A stretch of 64,000 bases of DNA, taken from assembly GCF_006345805.1 (NCBI RefSeq), contig NC_043005.1, positions 108,438,001-108,502,000 of the forward strand, in the 5' to 3' direction. This stretch comes from Octopus sinensis (taxonomy: Eukaryota). The notes beneath the pieces are model-generated. The model had not been told where the DNA came from, did no database searches, and saw only the letters and a program-made list of their open reading frames with translations. Position 1 is the first letter of the stretch. Each line of letters starts with the position of its first letter. Made by a program: the position numbers and the translations under genes. Below are positions 51,266-64,000 of this stretch, piece by piece.

Positions 51266-51360
51266 TTACATATATATATGTGTACATATATACATGCATA
51301 CATATATATATATGTATGTATGCATGAATGTATGTATGTATATATATATATATATATATA

Positions 51361-51788
51361 GGCACAGGAGTGGCTGTGTGGTAAGTAGCTTGCTAACCAA
51401 CCACATGGTTCCGGGTTCAGTCCCACTGCATGGCATCTTGGGCAAGTGTCTTCTGCTATAGCCCCGGGCCTGACCAATGCCTTGTGAGTGGATTTGGTAG
51501 ACGGAAACTGAAAGAAGCCTGTCGTATATATGTATATATATATGTATGTGTGTGTATGTGTGTGTATGTGTTTGTGTGTCTGTGTTTGTCCCCCTAGCAT
51601 TGCTTGACAACCAATGCTGGTGTGTTTACGTTCCCATCACTTAGCGGTTCGGCAAAAGAGACCGATAGAATAAGTACTGGGCTTACAAAGAATAAGTCCC
51701 AGGGTTGATTTGCTCGGCTAAAGGTGGTGCACCAGCATGGCCACAGTCAAATGACTGAAACATGTAAATGAGTAAAAGAGTAAAAGAC
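51361..51788 (+). mobile_element. SINE family A in (TA)n
   Basis: Full structure. Confidence 0.93.
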
Positions 51789-52084
51789 TATATATATATA
51801 TATATATATATATTTATACACACACACATGACACGGTGTGCTGGCAGAATTGTTATCAGGTTGGACAAAGTTATTAGTGGGTCTTTACTTTCTGAGTTCA
51901 AATTTCGCTGAGGTTTGACTTTGTTGCATTTCAGCCTTTCAAAGTCAATGAAGAGAGGGTGTCGATGTCAGCAATAATGGCATCTAAAACAATTTGTAAA
52001 AATATGGTACCTGATGCCGAGCTAAACATGCTTCTAGGTCAAGGATCTTCTTTGCTTTTCCTTCTTGACCGTTACAACTTCTGC

Positions 52085-52210
52085 CTATAAAATTCACTCA
52101 CAAGGCTTTAGTCAGTCTGAGACTATAGCAGAACGCACTTACCCAAAGCGCCATTTTGTGGGACTGAACCCCAAAACATGTGGTTGAGAAGCAAGCCTCC
52201 TACCTACTCA
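52085..52210 (-). mobile_element. SINE family A head fragment
   Basis: aattcactcacaaggc..gggactgaacccc. Confidence 0.7.
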
Positions 52211-52931
52211 GATATGACAAACCCAATTCCACCATGCCCACTCACTTCTACTTGTGTTGTATATTGAGGGTCAACCCAGATACCCCATTACCACTATACT
52301 CATCTCTTTCCAGCCCAAACTAATCGCTCACAGAGCTCCTCTACAGCAAGAAATGTGTTCTTCTTTTACCCCCTTCACCCCTAGAATAGAGCTGCACTCT
52401 TCAGTAGTTTGACGACTTTCATAGCAATCTTGCTAGTTCTGATGTCTTAAAAATGCACCCAGCATATGCTGTAATGTGGTTAACATTAGGAAGAGCAACC
52501 AGTTGTAGAAAACATACTAAAGTAGACTCTAGATCCCATCAGATCCTTTCAAACTACCAAAGCCATGCTAGCATCAAATATGAATGTTAAATGATGAAAT
52601 GTATGTTGATAATCCAGAATTTGGGTTGAGAGCTTTTCTGGAAATACTCTGTGTTTATACCCGACCAGGACCTAAAATGTATATACACAGACAACACAAG
52701 CAGATGGCCTAGATATTTACAATCACAAGATTGCATACATACATACATACATACATACATACATACATACATACATACATACATACATACATACATACAT
52801 ACATACTTACATACATACTTACATACATACATACAGGTGGTGCTATTAAGTTAGACATGGCCTGGGCCAATACTGGCCAAAACCTTTCTAAGTTATTCTT
52901 ATTCTAAGTTACATACATACATACATACATA

Positions 52932-53504
52932 CCATAAATGCTCAAGTATAATCCACATTTTTTTCCCAAAATTTAAAGGTCAAAATCCCAGCTGCGTACT
53001 ATATACGAGATTAAAAATGAAAATTACTTCCTAAGCAATGTCTGAGTCTCTGTTTGCTGTCCGGCAATGTTTATTCAGATGTATTTTTTGATGTCGGGTG
53101 CGAAAATACCTTAAGCTAAGCCTGAAAGCAATGAAGTCATAAAAGAATCATCCATAACTTGCAGTAAGCAACAATTATTAAAATAAAAGTATTCAGAACA
53201 CAGAATAACATGTAACAAAAACAATTTTATTTATTTTTCACTGATGTTATTACTGTTATTTTTTAATTTTCTGCAAACAAAATGAACAAAAAGCTGCACT
53301 TTTGTATTATGTTATATATACAATAATAATAAAGGACGTTACCGTATACATTTTTACCAACCAAGGACGTTATACAGACCTCCTTAACTCAACTTAAAGA
53401 AGGGGTGTGTATTATACACAAGGTATAGGTTTCTCAGAGGTACAGCCCCCTATAAATTCCCTGCGTATTATACTCAAGGGCGGACTATACTCGAGGATTT
53501 ATGG
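52932..53504. mobile_element. pogo/Tc2-like MITE
   Basis: TA TSDs; TIR CCATAAAT(G/C)CTC(A/G)AGTATA(A/G)TCC at both ends. Confidence 0.85.
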
Positions 53505-53826
53505 TACATACATATACATACATACACATATATATATATATGCATACATACATACATATATATATATATATATGCATACATACATACATACATACATACA
53601 GACAGACAGACAGACATATTCAAAGAAAATTTAGTCAAGATGTTAGAGCACTTGAGAGAATGTGTTACTGTATTTATTGTATTTACTCCCAATTTGAATT
53701 CTATCGAAGTTAAATTTTCCTTTAACTTCATTTGAAGTAGATGAGAAACATTCCAGCCTAGAGTGATGGTTTACTACATGAACCATTTGAATGGTGGACA
53801 GAACGTCTTGCAGCATCAGTACTTAC

Positions 53827-54061
53827 TGCAACATGTGATATAACACATGTACCAAACTGTTGCAGCTCAAAGGTGGCATCCTTTCCCTTTAATTAACATC
53901 AATGACATGGAGAAGGGAAACTTGCATGTACGGCAACTGCAAGTTTTCCACCTCAAGAAACTTTGTCCAGGCTTGCAAATACAGTTCCAAATATATCGGG
54001 GCATTAATATGATGGAGGTCATTAATATACAAGTGAAATTTCATCATGTAATGAAAGATGC
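53827..54061 (-). other. Candidate 235-nt exon (non-coding or terminal)
   Basis: Acceptor atttcttttacag, donor GCA|gtaagtac; every frame contains a stop (longest is about 57 codons from the acceptor). Confidence 0.3.
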
Positions 54062-54460
54062 CTGTAAAAGAAATCTATGATGATATTCTGCACACTCCTT
54101 CATTAGTGTGTCTGTTTTGTTTGTGTGTTAGACTTATGCCAGGCGGGGAAATATCTCAAATGGAGAAATATATATATGTGTGTGTGTTTGTGTGTACATA
54201 CACACACATACACACACACATGCACATACACACATGCATATATATATAGAGAGAGAGAGAGGGAGACTAAGAGAGAAAGAGAGAGAGAGAGAGAGAAAGG
54301 GAGTGAAGAGGAGAAGAAGGTCTCTATTATTCTGCATTTGTGTGTTTAAATCACAGGTATTGTCAAAAATTTTTACCATATTGAAACACTGTCATGAAGA
54401 TTTATGAATGAATGAATGAAAAGAACAAAAAGAATGAAAATAAGCAAAACCTTCTAAGTC

Positions 54461-54876
54461 TTTACTCTTTTACTCTTTTACTTGTTTCAGTCATTTGACT
54501 GCGGCCATGCTGGAGCACCGCCTTTAATTGAGCAATTCAACCCCAGGACTTATTCTTTTGTAAGCCCAGTACTTATTCTATCGGTCTGTTTTGCCGAACC
54601 GCTAAGTAACAGGGACGTAAACACACCAACATCAGTTGTCAAGCAATGCTAGAGGGACAAACACAGACACACAAACATACACACACACACATATATATAT
54701 ATATACATATATATGACAGGCTTCTTTCAGTTTCCATCTACCAAATCCACTCACAAGGCTTTGGTCGGCCCGAGGCTATAGTAGAAGACACTTGCCCAAG
54801 GTGCCACACAGTGGGACTGAACCCGGAACCATGTGGTTGGTAAACAAGCTACTTACCACACAGCCACTCCTGTGCC
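54461..54876 (-). mobile_element. SINE family A
   Basis: Full structure. Confidence 0.93.
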
Positions 54877-55034
54877 TAAGTTCATTTTGATTATATTTGA
54901 AAGTAGTTTTGATTAAATGGCAGGATTTCAAAGTAATTGTTTGAAATATCTTGCTTGTGTTTCATATACTAACTAATGCCATAATGTTTTCAAACATGCT
55001 AACTTACACTATGGAATTTCTAAAGATCCAGCTA

Positions 55035-55250
55035 GTTTATCAAAGCATCCTTCAAAACTTCCATGCTTCCAGAGATTCGCAAACACTACACCTGATTTTC
55101 TTCCCTCCGTACACACACAAGCATGTATCTGATTCTACACTGTTCACTTTCCAGACATTTGTACATTATTGCATATGCTTTATATGCACTTTTGACAAGT
55201 TGTGGTGCACCTGAGCACTGTATACAACAATTTCATTATTATTATTATTG
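55035..55250 (+). mobile_element. CR1 3' end with (ATT)n tail
   Basis: catccttcaaaacttccatgcttcc..tacacctga and gtgcacctgagcactgtatacaacaatt match the CR1 at 38745-39625. Confidence 0.8.
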
Positions 55251-55783
55251 AGTGAGCGAGCAGAGCATGCCATCAAAGGGACACTGGGGTAAAATATACG
55301 AAGCCCAGTATACCCATCATGACTACCCGTCTGATAAAGGTACACCAGGCACATGCATCACAACCATATGTGCGCGACATGGTGATCTCATATCAAGATA
55401 AACAGCGCATGACCTTGCAGGTGGAGCCCAGTTAGAATTTTCTTCAGATCGAGTAACCCATCCCGCTCAAAAGGTCCCTGAATAAGGGTTGTTTAAGGAC
55501 GTTGAACGAAACACCCATGTTTCCAGAGGTGAATTATTCAAACTCCAAAGAATCCTTCTCAACACATGCTTCTGCTCGTGATCAGAGATGCACATATCGT
55601 CATCCACTAAGGGACATGCTCAACTGGTTAAGGTCAAACAACTGACAAGCAAAACTGTGGAATTGAGCAGAATATTTGCTGTAGCCCACCTTTTATACCA
55701 AGACAAAACAATGTACATGATAACACTTCCAATCAGTTAAAATCAGAAGCCATGAGAGCCACTGCCTGGTACTGCATCAGGGC

Positions 55784-55785
<2 letters not shown>
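55251..55785. mobile_element. About 535-bp non-coding element embedded in (ATT)n (possible Dong/R4-type derivative)
   Basis: Higher-complexity block with (ATT)n on both sides; clade assignment is inference. Confidence 0.45.
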
Positions 55786-55819
<34 letters not shown>

Positions 55820-56369
55820 GGAACTGGAAGAACTATTGTAAATCTGTGTCTATTTATGCAGACAATTAAGAGAAAATATGCAAAGTACAGTTTCATAAAG
55901 CATTCCAAATGTGACAATCCCCACTTTCAAATTGTATAACCAAAGACATCCTGTGATGTTCTATAAGTTCAAAGATATTTCTTACACTAATGAAGGGAAA
56001 AGATCTGCTGCAAATATCTAATAATTTAAAAATGCAAATTCATATTTCAATTCTGAACAAGACATTATAAATAAAATAATTATAAGAGAAATCAATATTG
56101 AAACCAATGAATGCAGTATATGAAAAAATCAACTGCAAGCTGGTCTATTTGGTCATACGTAGTACATCCACCTGGCAATAATTTTCTTCCTTACTTCTCC
56201 TTATTATCATTGTTCGTTTTCTTTTTCATCATATTTATTCATTTCTCTCCTCTTTCTTATGTCTACATTTTCTTTCTTCTTTTTTATTTACTTGCAAAAT
56301 CAATTTTAGAATAAAGGAAAAAGAGAGATATAAAGAAATGTAGGGCATATATGTATATATGTATATATG

Positions 56370-56401
<32 letters not shown>

Positions 56402-56646
56402 TCTGTCAATATCTGTCTCACTTCTTATCTATCTATCTACCTATCTATCTAGCTATCTATCTAAATATATATTATATATATATGTATATATGTATTATAT
56501 ATATATATATTTATCAAAATATAAACATGATGCAAAGGATTTAGCGGGTACATATGTTTCTGCTAAATAGTATATACAGGTGCTTACAAACATCAAGTAT
56601 TCACCCTGAATTTTCTCTCTCTCTCTCTCTCTCTCTCTTCTCTATA

Positions 56647-56692
<46 letters not shown>

Positions 56693-58254
56693 AATAATAT
56701 TCACTTGTTGCAATATTCTAATATTCTCTTGGTATATGTGTGTGTGTGTTGTGTGTGTCTAAGGAATAAATAGATGCATGAATGTGTATGCAATTAAGTG
56801 AAAGCCAGAAGTACTCAATACAGTGAAGTAGATGGGATAACGGGATGCTGAATAGATAGAGGAAAATCTGAGTATCAACTTGTGAGATTTCATTTTGTAG
56901 ATATATACTATGTGTAAAGTGTGTGTGAGTGTGTGTGTGTGTGTGTGTGTACGTTTGTCTATGTGTGTATGTGCAATGTATACATGTTTAACTTCAGTAC
57001 ATACCAAAATCTTGACTCCACTTATAAAATATCAATAATGAAGCTTACACATGTTTCAATGTACACTTAAAGTCAAGTCTATTAATCTCATTCATGATCA
57101 TGATTGGGATCATCAGCATCAGCAATCACCACCATCACCGCCATCACTACCGTTGTTATTGTTGTTGTTGCTGTTGTTATTATTATTATTGTTGTTGTCA
57201 TTATTATCATCATCATCTTCCGAAATTGCGTGTATATATGTGTATGTTTATACAACATATAGATACACAAACACACACACACACACACACACACGAATAT
57301 GTATATATGGATATGGATATGTGTGTGTGTGTGTGTGTTTTTATTTGTGTGTGTGTGAGTGTGTGTATTGTTTTTATCTCTTCCAACTCATTTATCAATG
57401 ATAATAACTTAAAAATAAAAAAAATGTTAACAATAAAAATATAAACATTAAAAGAAATAGCAAAATATGAAATATAAGATAAAATATAAGGAAAAAAATT
57501 TCAGAGAAATCACGATTAGAGACATACGTTAAGTTGTATTTTCTTAATTTTATTCATTTATTATTTTCTTGTGTTTTTTTTTCACATTTTTGCATTTGTT
57601 TCTTTTTAAAAAGTTCTCTTCATTTGTTTATACATTGAAACAAGATCTTCACCAGAAAATCATTTCGCAAGAAACTTATCTCACAAAAATCTTTATCCAG
57701 CCATGTTTCTAACAAACAAAACATAGAAATAAATAAATAAATAAATCTAGTGAAATAAATAAAAAGACAAAAATGAAACTATGTAAAAAAAAATATAAAC
57801 AATAAAGAAGAAAGAAATCTTTCGTGATAAACGCTTTGCACATACCAAATGCACATTCATGTATCTACATACAAGCATATATTCACATGAAATATATATA
57901 TATATTTATATGCATATATATATACCCATATATATATATAAAATGCATGGACATATTTTATTAACATGAACATTGTATGTATTCAAACACAAAGATTGAG
58001 TAGAATTTTGTTTCCTTCCTTGAGTATATTTATGTATTTATATATAAATTTATTTATTTGTGCATTTATTTATTTATTTATTTATTTATTTATCTAGTTT
58101 TTTATTTATTTATTTATCAGTATTTCAAATACAGAACTAGTTTCAGATAAAATATGTTTTTATTTTTTTATATATTTGTTTACTAAGAGAGCTACTTAGA
58201 AGGGAGATCACCCAGACAAGATGAAATGATTTAGTTCTCAAAACTCTCACCAAG

Positions 58255-58285
<31 letters not shown>

Positions 58286-58286
58286 G

Positions 58287-58344
<58 letters not shown>

Positions 58345-59105
58345 CCTTTATATATGTCCCCATATTTATTCATGATTATATTTCCACACAATTTTTCTTC
58401 TGCTATCATCAGTCTTTTTATTATTAATGTTACATTTTATTATCATAGTCTTTTTTTTTTATTTAATATTATCATTATATATATATATATATTCTTTTTT
58501 TTGTCATTTCAAATCAGTTGCTATTTTTCATCTTGTATAGGAAAACTGAAAACATATTCAGATATTATTATTATTAATCAGAAAATAACAGCAACTCCAT
58601 ACATACATCCAAACACATACATGCCCATTACATACATATACATACATATACATACACACATATATCCATGTATATATTAATGCTTACACACATATACATA
58701 ATTGTTTGCATTGAATGTTTTACTCTTCAGAGATTTTCAGTGTGAAATATTCTCCAATAGAAATAAATATAATAAATGTTTTTTCTTTCTTTTTTATCGT
58801 TATTTATTTATTCTTTTTTTGTTTTTGCATAAAACATTTGCAACAGAGAGATACAAATCTGTACTTTTTCATCTTACTATAAATTTTTTCTCTTTATTTT
58901 TGTCTCTTTCCCATTCCTCTTACATATAGTTATGTATGTAATATATATATTATATTATATATATATATACATACATACATACACATATACACATGCACAC
59001 ATATATACATGTATATACATATATGCATGTATATGCATATATATTTATTTATGCAATTACAGTTGTTGTTCCTGTTAAGTTTATTATTATTATTATTATT
59101 ATGAC

Positions 59106-59141
<36 letters not shown>

Positions 59142-59535
59142 CATCATCATCATCATTATTATTATCATTATTATTATTATAATTATTATTATTATTATTA
59201 TTAATATTATTGTTATTATTTAAAACTTCTTTATCTAACCGAAAGCGGGTAGAAGAGATAAAAATATAAAAGAAAATGAAATGAAATAATAAAACATATG
59301 GCAAATTTCGGTGTGTATGTAAAGAATTAGAAAAGAAAACTATAAAAAAAAAAGAATGTAAAAATTAGTGGAAAAAATCATATAAATATGAATTTCACAA
59401 CTATAAGGAAGAATCATTACATATATACACAAGTATATTATATATGTATATATACACAAGTATATATATATATTATGTGTCCATGTATCTATATATAATA
59501 TGTGTCCATATATGCATGCATCTATATATATATGG

Positions 59536-59599
<64 letters not shown>

Positions 59600-60148
59600 A
59601 TATACACATGTATATATGTATGTGTATGTTTGTATACATATATATGTATCTATCAATCTATCTATCTATCTAGATATAATGTATATATATATTATATATA
59701 TATAATATATACATATATGTATATATGGGTGTATGAATACTTGCTTATATGTATGTATACAAAACAAAATTTTGGGGGTATGCAGAAAATTTTTTTTTTT
59801 TTATGGGGTGGTGGTGGTGGAAATGGGGGGTATTTTTGTTGCTGTTCAAATATTAATGCGAAAACTATATAGAATGGTCATAATAACCACAGATGTATCA
59901 GTTAAGAATAAGCATGTATTTTTATGGCAACAGAAATCTAAACAATTTTCCATGCAGACATTGTCATAATAATATAAATATGAGTTTGGGCTTCATTTTT
60001 TTTTGTTTTTTGTTGTTGTTTTGCTTGAATTTATTTGAGTTTATTTTTATGTTTATCTGTAGTTTTTCAAATTTCTACATTCATTTTATTGCTTTTGTAG
60101 ATTATCTAATGATGTTGTTGCATTCGTATATATGTATATACATATATA

Positions 60149-60179
<31 letters not shown>

Positions 60180-61295
60180 TATATATTATATAATATACAT
60201 ATATATAAATACCATATATATATATACATATATATATATTATACATATATATATATATAATATATGCATGTAGATATGTAGATATGTATACATACTTGTG
60301 TAGAGTTGTATATATATAATCACACATATATATATATATGTACATAGATGTATGCATACTTGTGTAGCAGTATATATATATATACATGCATGCATATATA
60401 CACACTCATATATATTGTGTATTGCTTTTTGTTTATTATTTTTTCAATTTTGTAAATCTACTTTTTTAATTTATTATCATTATTATTATTAGTATTATTA
60501 TTGTTGTTGTTGTTATCATCACTACCATCATCATCATGATCAGCAGCAGCAGTAGCAGCAGCATTTTTCTGTTCTTCATTGTTTTTTTTTTGTTTTTTAT
60601 TTACTATTATAATATGATTCTACTTCAATAATATCTTTCATAAACACCTCTTTTGTAATACAATTACGAAAATATTTAAGAACCCGACAAAGGAAGGTTA
60701 AACCAGTTTAGATTTCTGCAAATATCAAATAGCAAATGTGTGATGCTACCAAAGAGTGTTTTTGTATTTGTTTTTTCGTTTTGTTTTATTATTTATTTTG
60801 TTGTATTTATTCTGTGCCAATTTTTTTTTATCTTTTCTCCTCTTATCAATACATTATGCAACTCCATTTTCTGAGATGGTGTGAGATCTATCCTCACACA
60901 TTTATCATAAACCTCCCTCACATTTCCTTTCTCATATCCTTCCCCATTGCTGATGTTCACCTGTATATAAAGTAATATACTCACAGGAATGTAAAGTTTT
61001 ATTAAACTAGATAACTCTTTTGAATTTTCTGATTTTGTCACCAGAACATTGTCATTTATTTTGTAAAACTCAACATGATTTTTAGAACAGCACAGTGGTT
61101 CTGATTATGTAGTTATTTCATTAATTCAAATATCATATGCTTTAATATTCTGCAAATAAAAATCCAATATATTTAATCATTGTAAAATAACTTGTCCATA
61201 ACATCCGCTTGATGTACTGCACAAAGAATGTGGCAATCGAATTCAACATATACATGCATATTTCATACATGCTTATATCTGTATATGTGTGTGTG

Positions 61296-61333
<38 letters not shown>

Positions 61334-61432
61334 CATTTGTGCATGTATATATATAGATAGATGTAGATACATAAATACATATCTACGTATGTATGTTTGC
61401 ATGTATGTATGCATTTATATATGTATCTATAT

Positions 61433-61838
61433 TACTCTTTTTACTCTTTTACTTGTTTCAGTCATTTGACTGTGGCCATGCTGGAGCACCGCCTTTAGTC
61501 GAGCAAATCGGCCCCGGGACTTATTCTTTGTAAGCCCAGTACTTATTCTATCGGTCTCTTTTGCCGAACCGCTAAGTGACGGGGACATAAACACACCAGC
61601 ATTGGTTGTCAAGCAATGCTAGGGGGTCAAACACAGACACACAAACACACACATACATGTATATATATATATATATATACGACAGGCTTCTTTCAGTTTC
61701 CGTCTACCAAATCCACTCACAAGGCTTTGGTCGGCCCGGGACTATAGCAGAAGACACTTGCCCAAGATGCCACGCAGTGGGACTGAACCCGGAACCATGT
61801 GGTTGGTTAGCAAGCTACTTACCACACAGCCACTCCTG
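61433..61838 (-). mobile_element. SINE family A flanked by a 102-bp direct duplication
   Basis: 61331-61432 matches 61838-61939 with 2 mismatches. Confidence 0.93.
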
Positions 61839-61974
61839 TTCATTTGTGCATGTATATGTATAGATTGATGTAGATACATAAATACATATCTACGTATGTA
61901 TGTTTGCATGTATGTATGCATTTATATATGTATCTATATAGGCATATTTGTATTAATATATTGTCACAGGGATA

Positions 61975-62110
61975 TCTGCGTGGTTATGAGGTCTTGGGTT
62001 CAGTCCCACTATGGGCTACCTTGTGCAAGTGTCTTCTACTATAGCCCTAGGCTGACCAAACGTTTCTGACTGAGTTTGGTAGATGAAAACTGAAAGAAGC
62101 ACTTTGTATG
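61975..62110 (+). mobile_element. SINE family A head fragment
   Basis: gggttcagtcccact..gcaagtgtcttctactatagcc. Confidence 0.75.
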
Positions 62111-62285
62111 TGCATATCACTTAGTACTTTTATGTCTTTCTATCTGTCTATCTACCTCTCTTTCTCTATTTCACTCTCCCTATGTGTATATATATATACA
62201 TCTACATATATATATATTATATGTATATATTTATATATATACATACATACACACGTGCATATACATATATACATACATACATACA

Positions 62286-62314
<29 letters not shown>

Positions 62315-62316
<2 letters not shown>

Positions 62317-62560
62317 GGCATGTAAAAAGCACCAACCAATCATGGCCATTGCCAGCCTCCCCTGGCATGTCAAAAGCACCCAGTGCACTCACAGAGTAGT
62401 TGGTGTTAGGAAGGGCATCCAGCTGTAGAAACACTGTCAGATCAGACTGGAGCCAGGTGCAGCCTCCTGGCTTCCCAAACCCCGGCTCAAATCGTCCAAC
62501 CCATGCTAGCAGGGAAAACGGACGTTAAACGATGAAGATGATGATGGTGATGATGATATA
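62315..62560 (+). mobile_element. SINE-like family C
   Basis: aaagcacccagtgcactc..ttaggaagggcatccagctgtagaaa..cccatgctagc..cggacgttaaacgatga. Confidence 0.85.
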
Positions 62561-62769
62561 TACATGCATACATATTGATTCTCCAAATCCAATTTATTAG
62601 TGGCACAGTGAAGATTTGCGAGGCATTGCAAAGGTTCATCATCTGAGATTCTTTTGCTGAATAGATGTACACATTTGGATGTGTTCTTCAATAGTTCAGC
62701 CAACACACCAACTCACCCCATATATTTACAAATACTAGGAACTGTCTTTGCTTATAAATGTCTTGTCAC

Positions 62770-63533
62770 TTGGTCATCATCATCACCACCATTGCCATCA
62801 TTATCATCACTTGTCATCGCCGTCGTCGTCGTCGTCATCATAGTTGCTGTTCAGATTGTCAGCATTGCCATTGGCTGCTGCAGCAATGGTTATTGTTGCT
62901 ATTGGTGGTGGTGGTCAGCAGCAGCGGTCAACAGCATCAATCAGTGGCAGTATTGACAGAGTTAGCATCGTTGTCCCCGTCATCATCGTCATCATTATCA
63001 TTATCATCATCTTTATTATCGTCGTCGTCATCATCAGCATCATCATCATCACTATCACCGTCATCATCACTTTTATCACCAACAACACCAACACCACCAT
63101 GTCACCCTTTTTGTCATCATCATCATCATCATCATCGTCATCGTCGTCGTCGTCGTCATCATCATTCATCATCATTGTCATCAACATCATCATCATCGTC
63201 ATCACTATCACTGTTTACATCACGACAGTTATCACCAACACCACCAACCTCACCATGTCACCCTAATTGCTGTAATCATCATCTCATCATCATCATCTCA
63301 TCATCATCAATGTCATCATCATCATCATCATTATCGTCATAATTTTCATCACTGTTATCATCATCATCATTGTCGTCGTCGTCGTCGTCATCATCATCAT
63401 CCTCATTCATTATCACTGTCATCAACATCATCATCCTCATCGTCATCACTATCATTGTTTTCATCACGTCACTGTTATCACGAATACCACCAACCTCACC
63501 ATGTCACTGTTATTGCCATCATCATCATTCTCG

Positions 63534-63579
<46 letters not shown>

Positions 63580-63710
63580 TGTCATCATTATTATCATCAT
63601 CACCATCACTGTTAACACCAACACCACCATGTCACCCTTATTGTTGTCATTGTCATTCCCGTCATCATCTTTATCAGTGTTGTCATCATCAACATCATCG
63701 TCATTATAAT
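62770..63710. repeat. Imperfect (CAT/CAC/CGT)n tract with higher-order units
   Basis: caccatgtcac recurs at about 63095, 63252, 63497 and 63625 in similar context. Confidence 0.85.
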
Positions 63711-64000
63711 CACCCTGTGATGTAATTGCACGCGATTGTCAATCAATGAAATCGGGTGTGCAAATACAAATATATGTTAAAGTGCCTGAAAATGTGTAAA
63801 TATAAATATTTGTGAGTGTGACTGTTTGTGATTACATGTGAATACGTGAGTTTGCACTTGTGTATATGGGATTATGTGAAAATTGTGTACGTATGTAACA
63901 TGCTTTTGAGTTATAGTGAGGATGTAATTGAGTCAGTGCAAGTGATCGTGTCTCTCTGTGCATTACTGTGTGTGTACATGTATGTGACTATATCTTCTGT

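Noticed and set aside
60793-61110. About 105-codon minus-strand open frame with splice-like sites
   Set aside because: No recognisable motif; a few frames of this length are expected by chance in 64 kb.

Overview
AT-rich, microsatellite-saturated animal genomic DNA. The SINE families, Penelope-like elements and repeat landscape resemble an octopus (coleoid cephalopod) genome; this is recognition from memory, not a database result. No complete protein-coding gene can be assembled, and nearly all ORFs in the track are microsatellite translations. The window is mostly transposon-derived: about 20 copies of a tRNA-headed SINE with an internal (TA)n(TG)n tract (family A), several other SINE families, at least six Penelope-like (PLE) remnants (RT, GIY-YIG, pLTRs), an R4/Dong-clade retrotransposon, CR1 and RTE fragments, deleted piggyBac and mariner elements, a Helitron and several MITEs. 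A few minus-strand splice-bounded segments (best: 43694-43942) suggest an unidentified gene or lncRNA with large introns. Most notable: (1) a PLE terminal repeat carrying a tRNA-derived Pol III head plus a minimal hammerhead ribozyme, with an inverted terminal copy beginning at the predicted cleavage site; (2) a second hammerhead family with a non-canonical A6U core; (3) a near-identical 215-bp inverted duplication about 8.5 kb apart; (4) a SINE that recurs as head+(unit)n through the same GGTATTT junction; (5) a SINE flanked by a 102-bp direct duplication.
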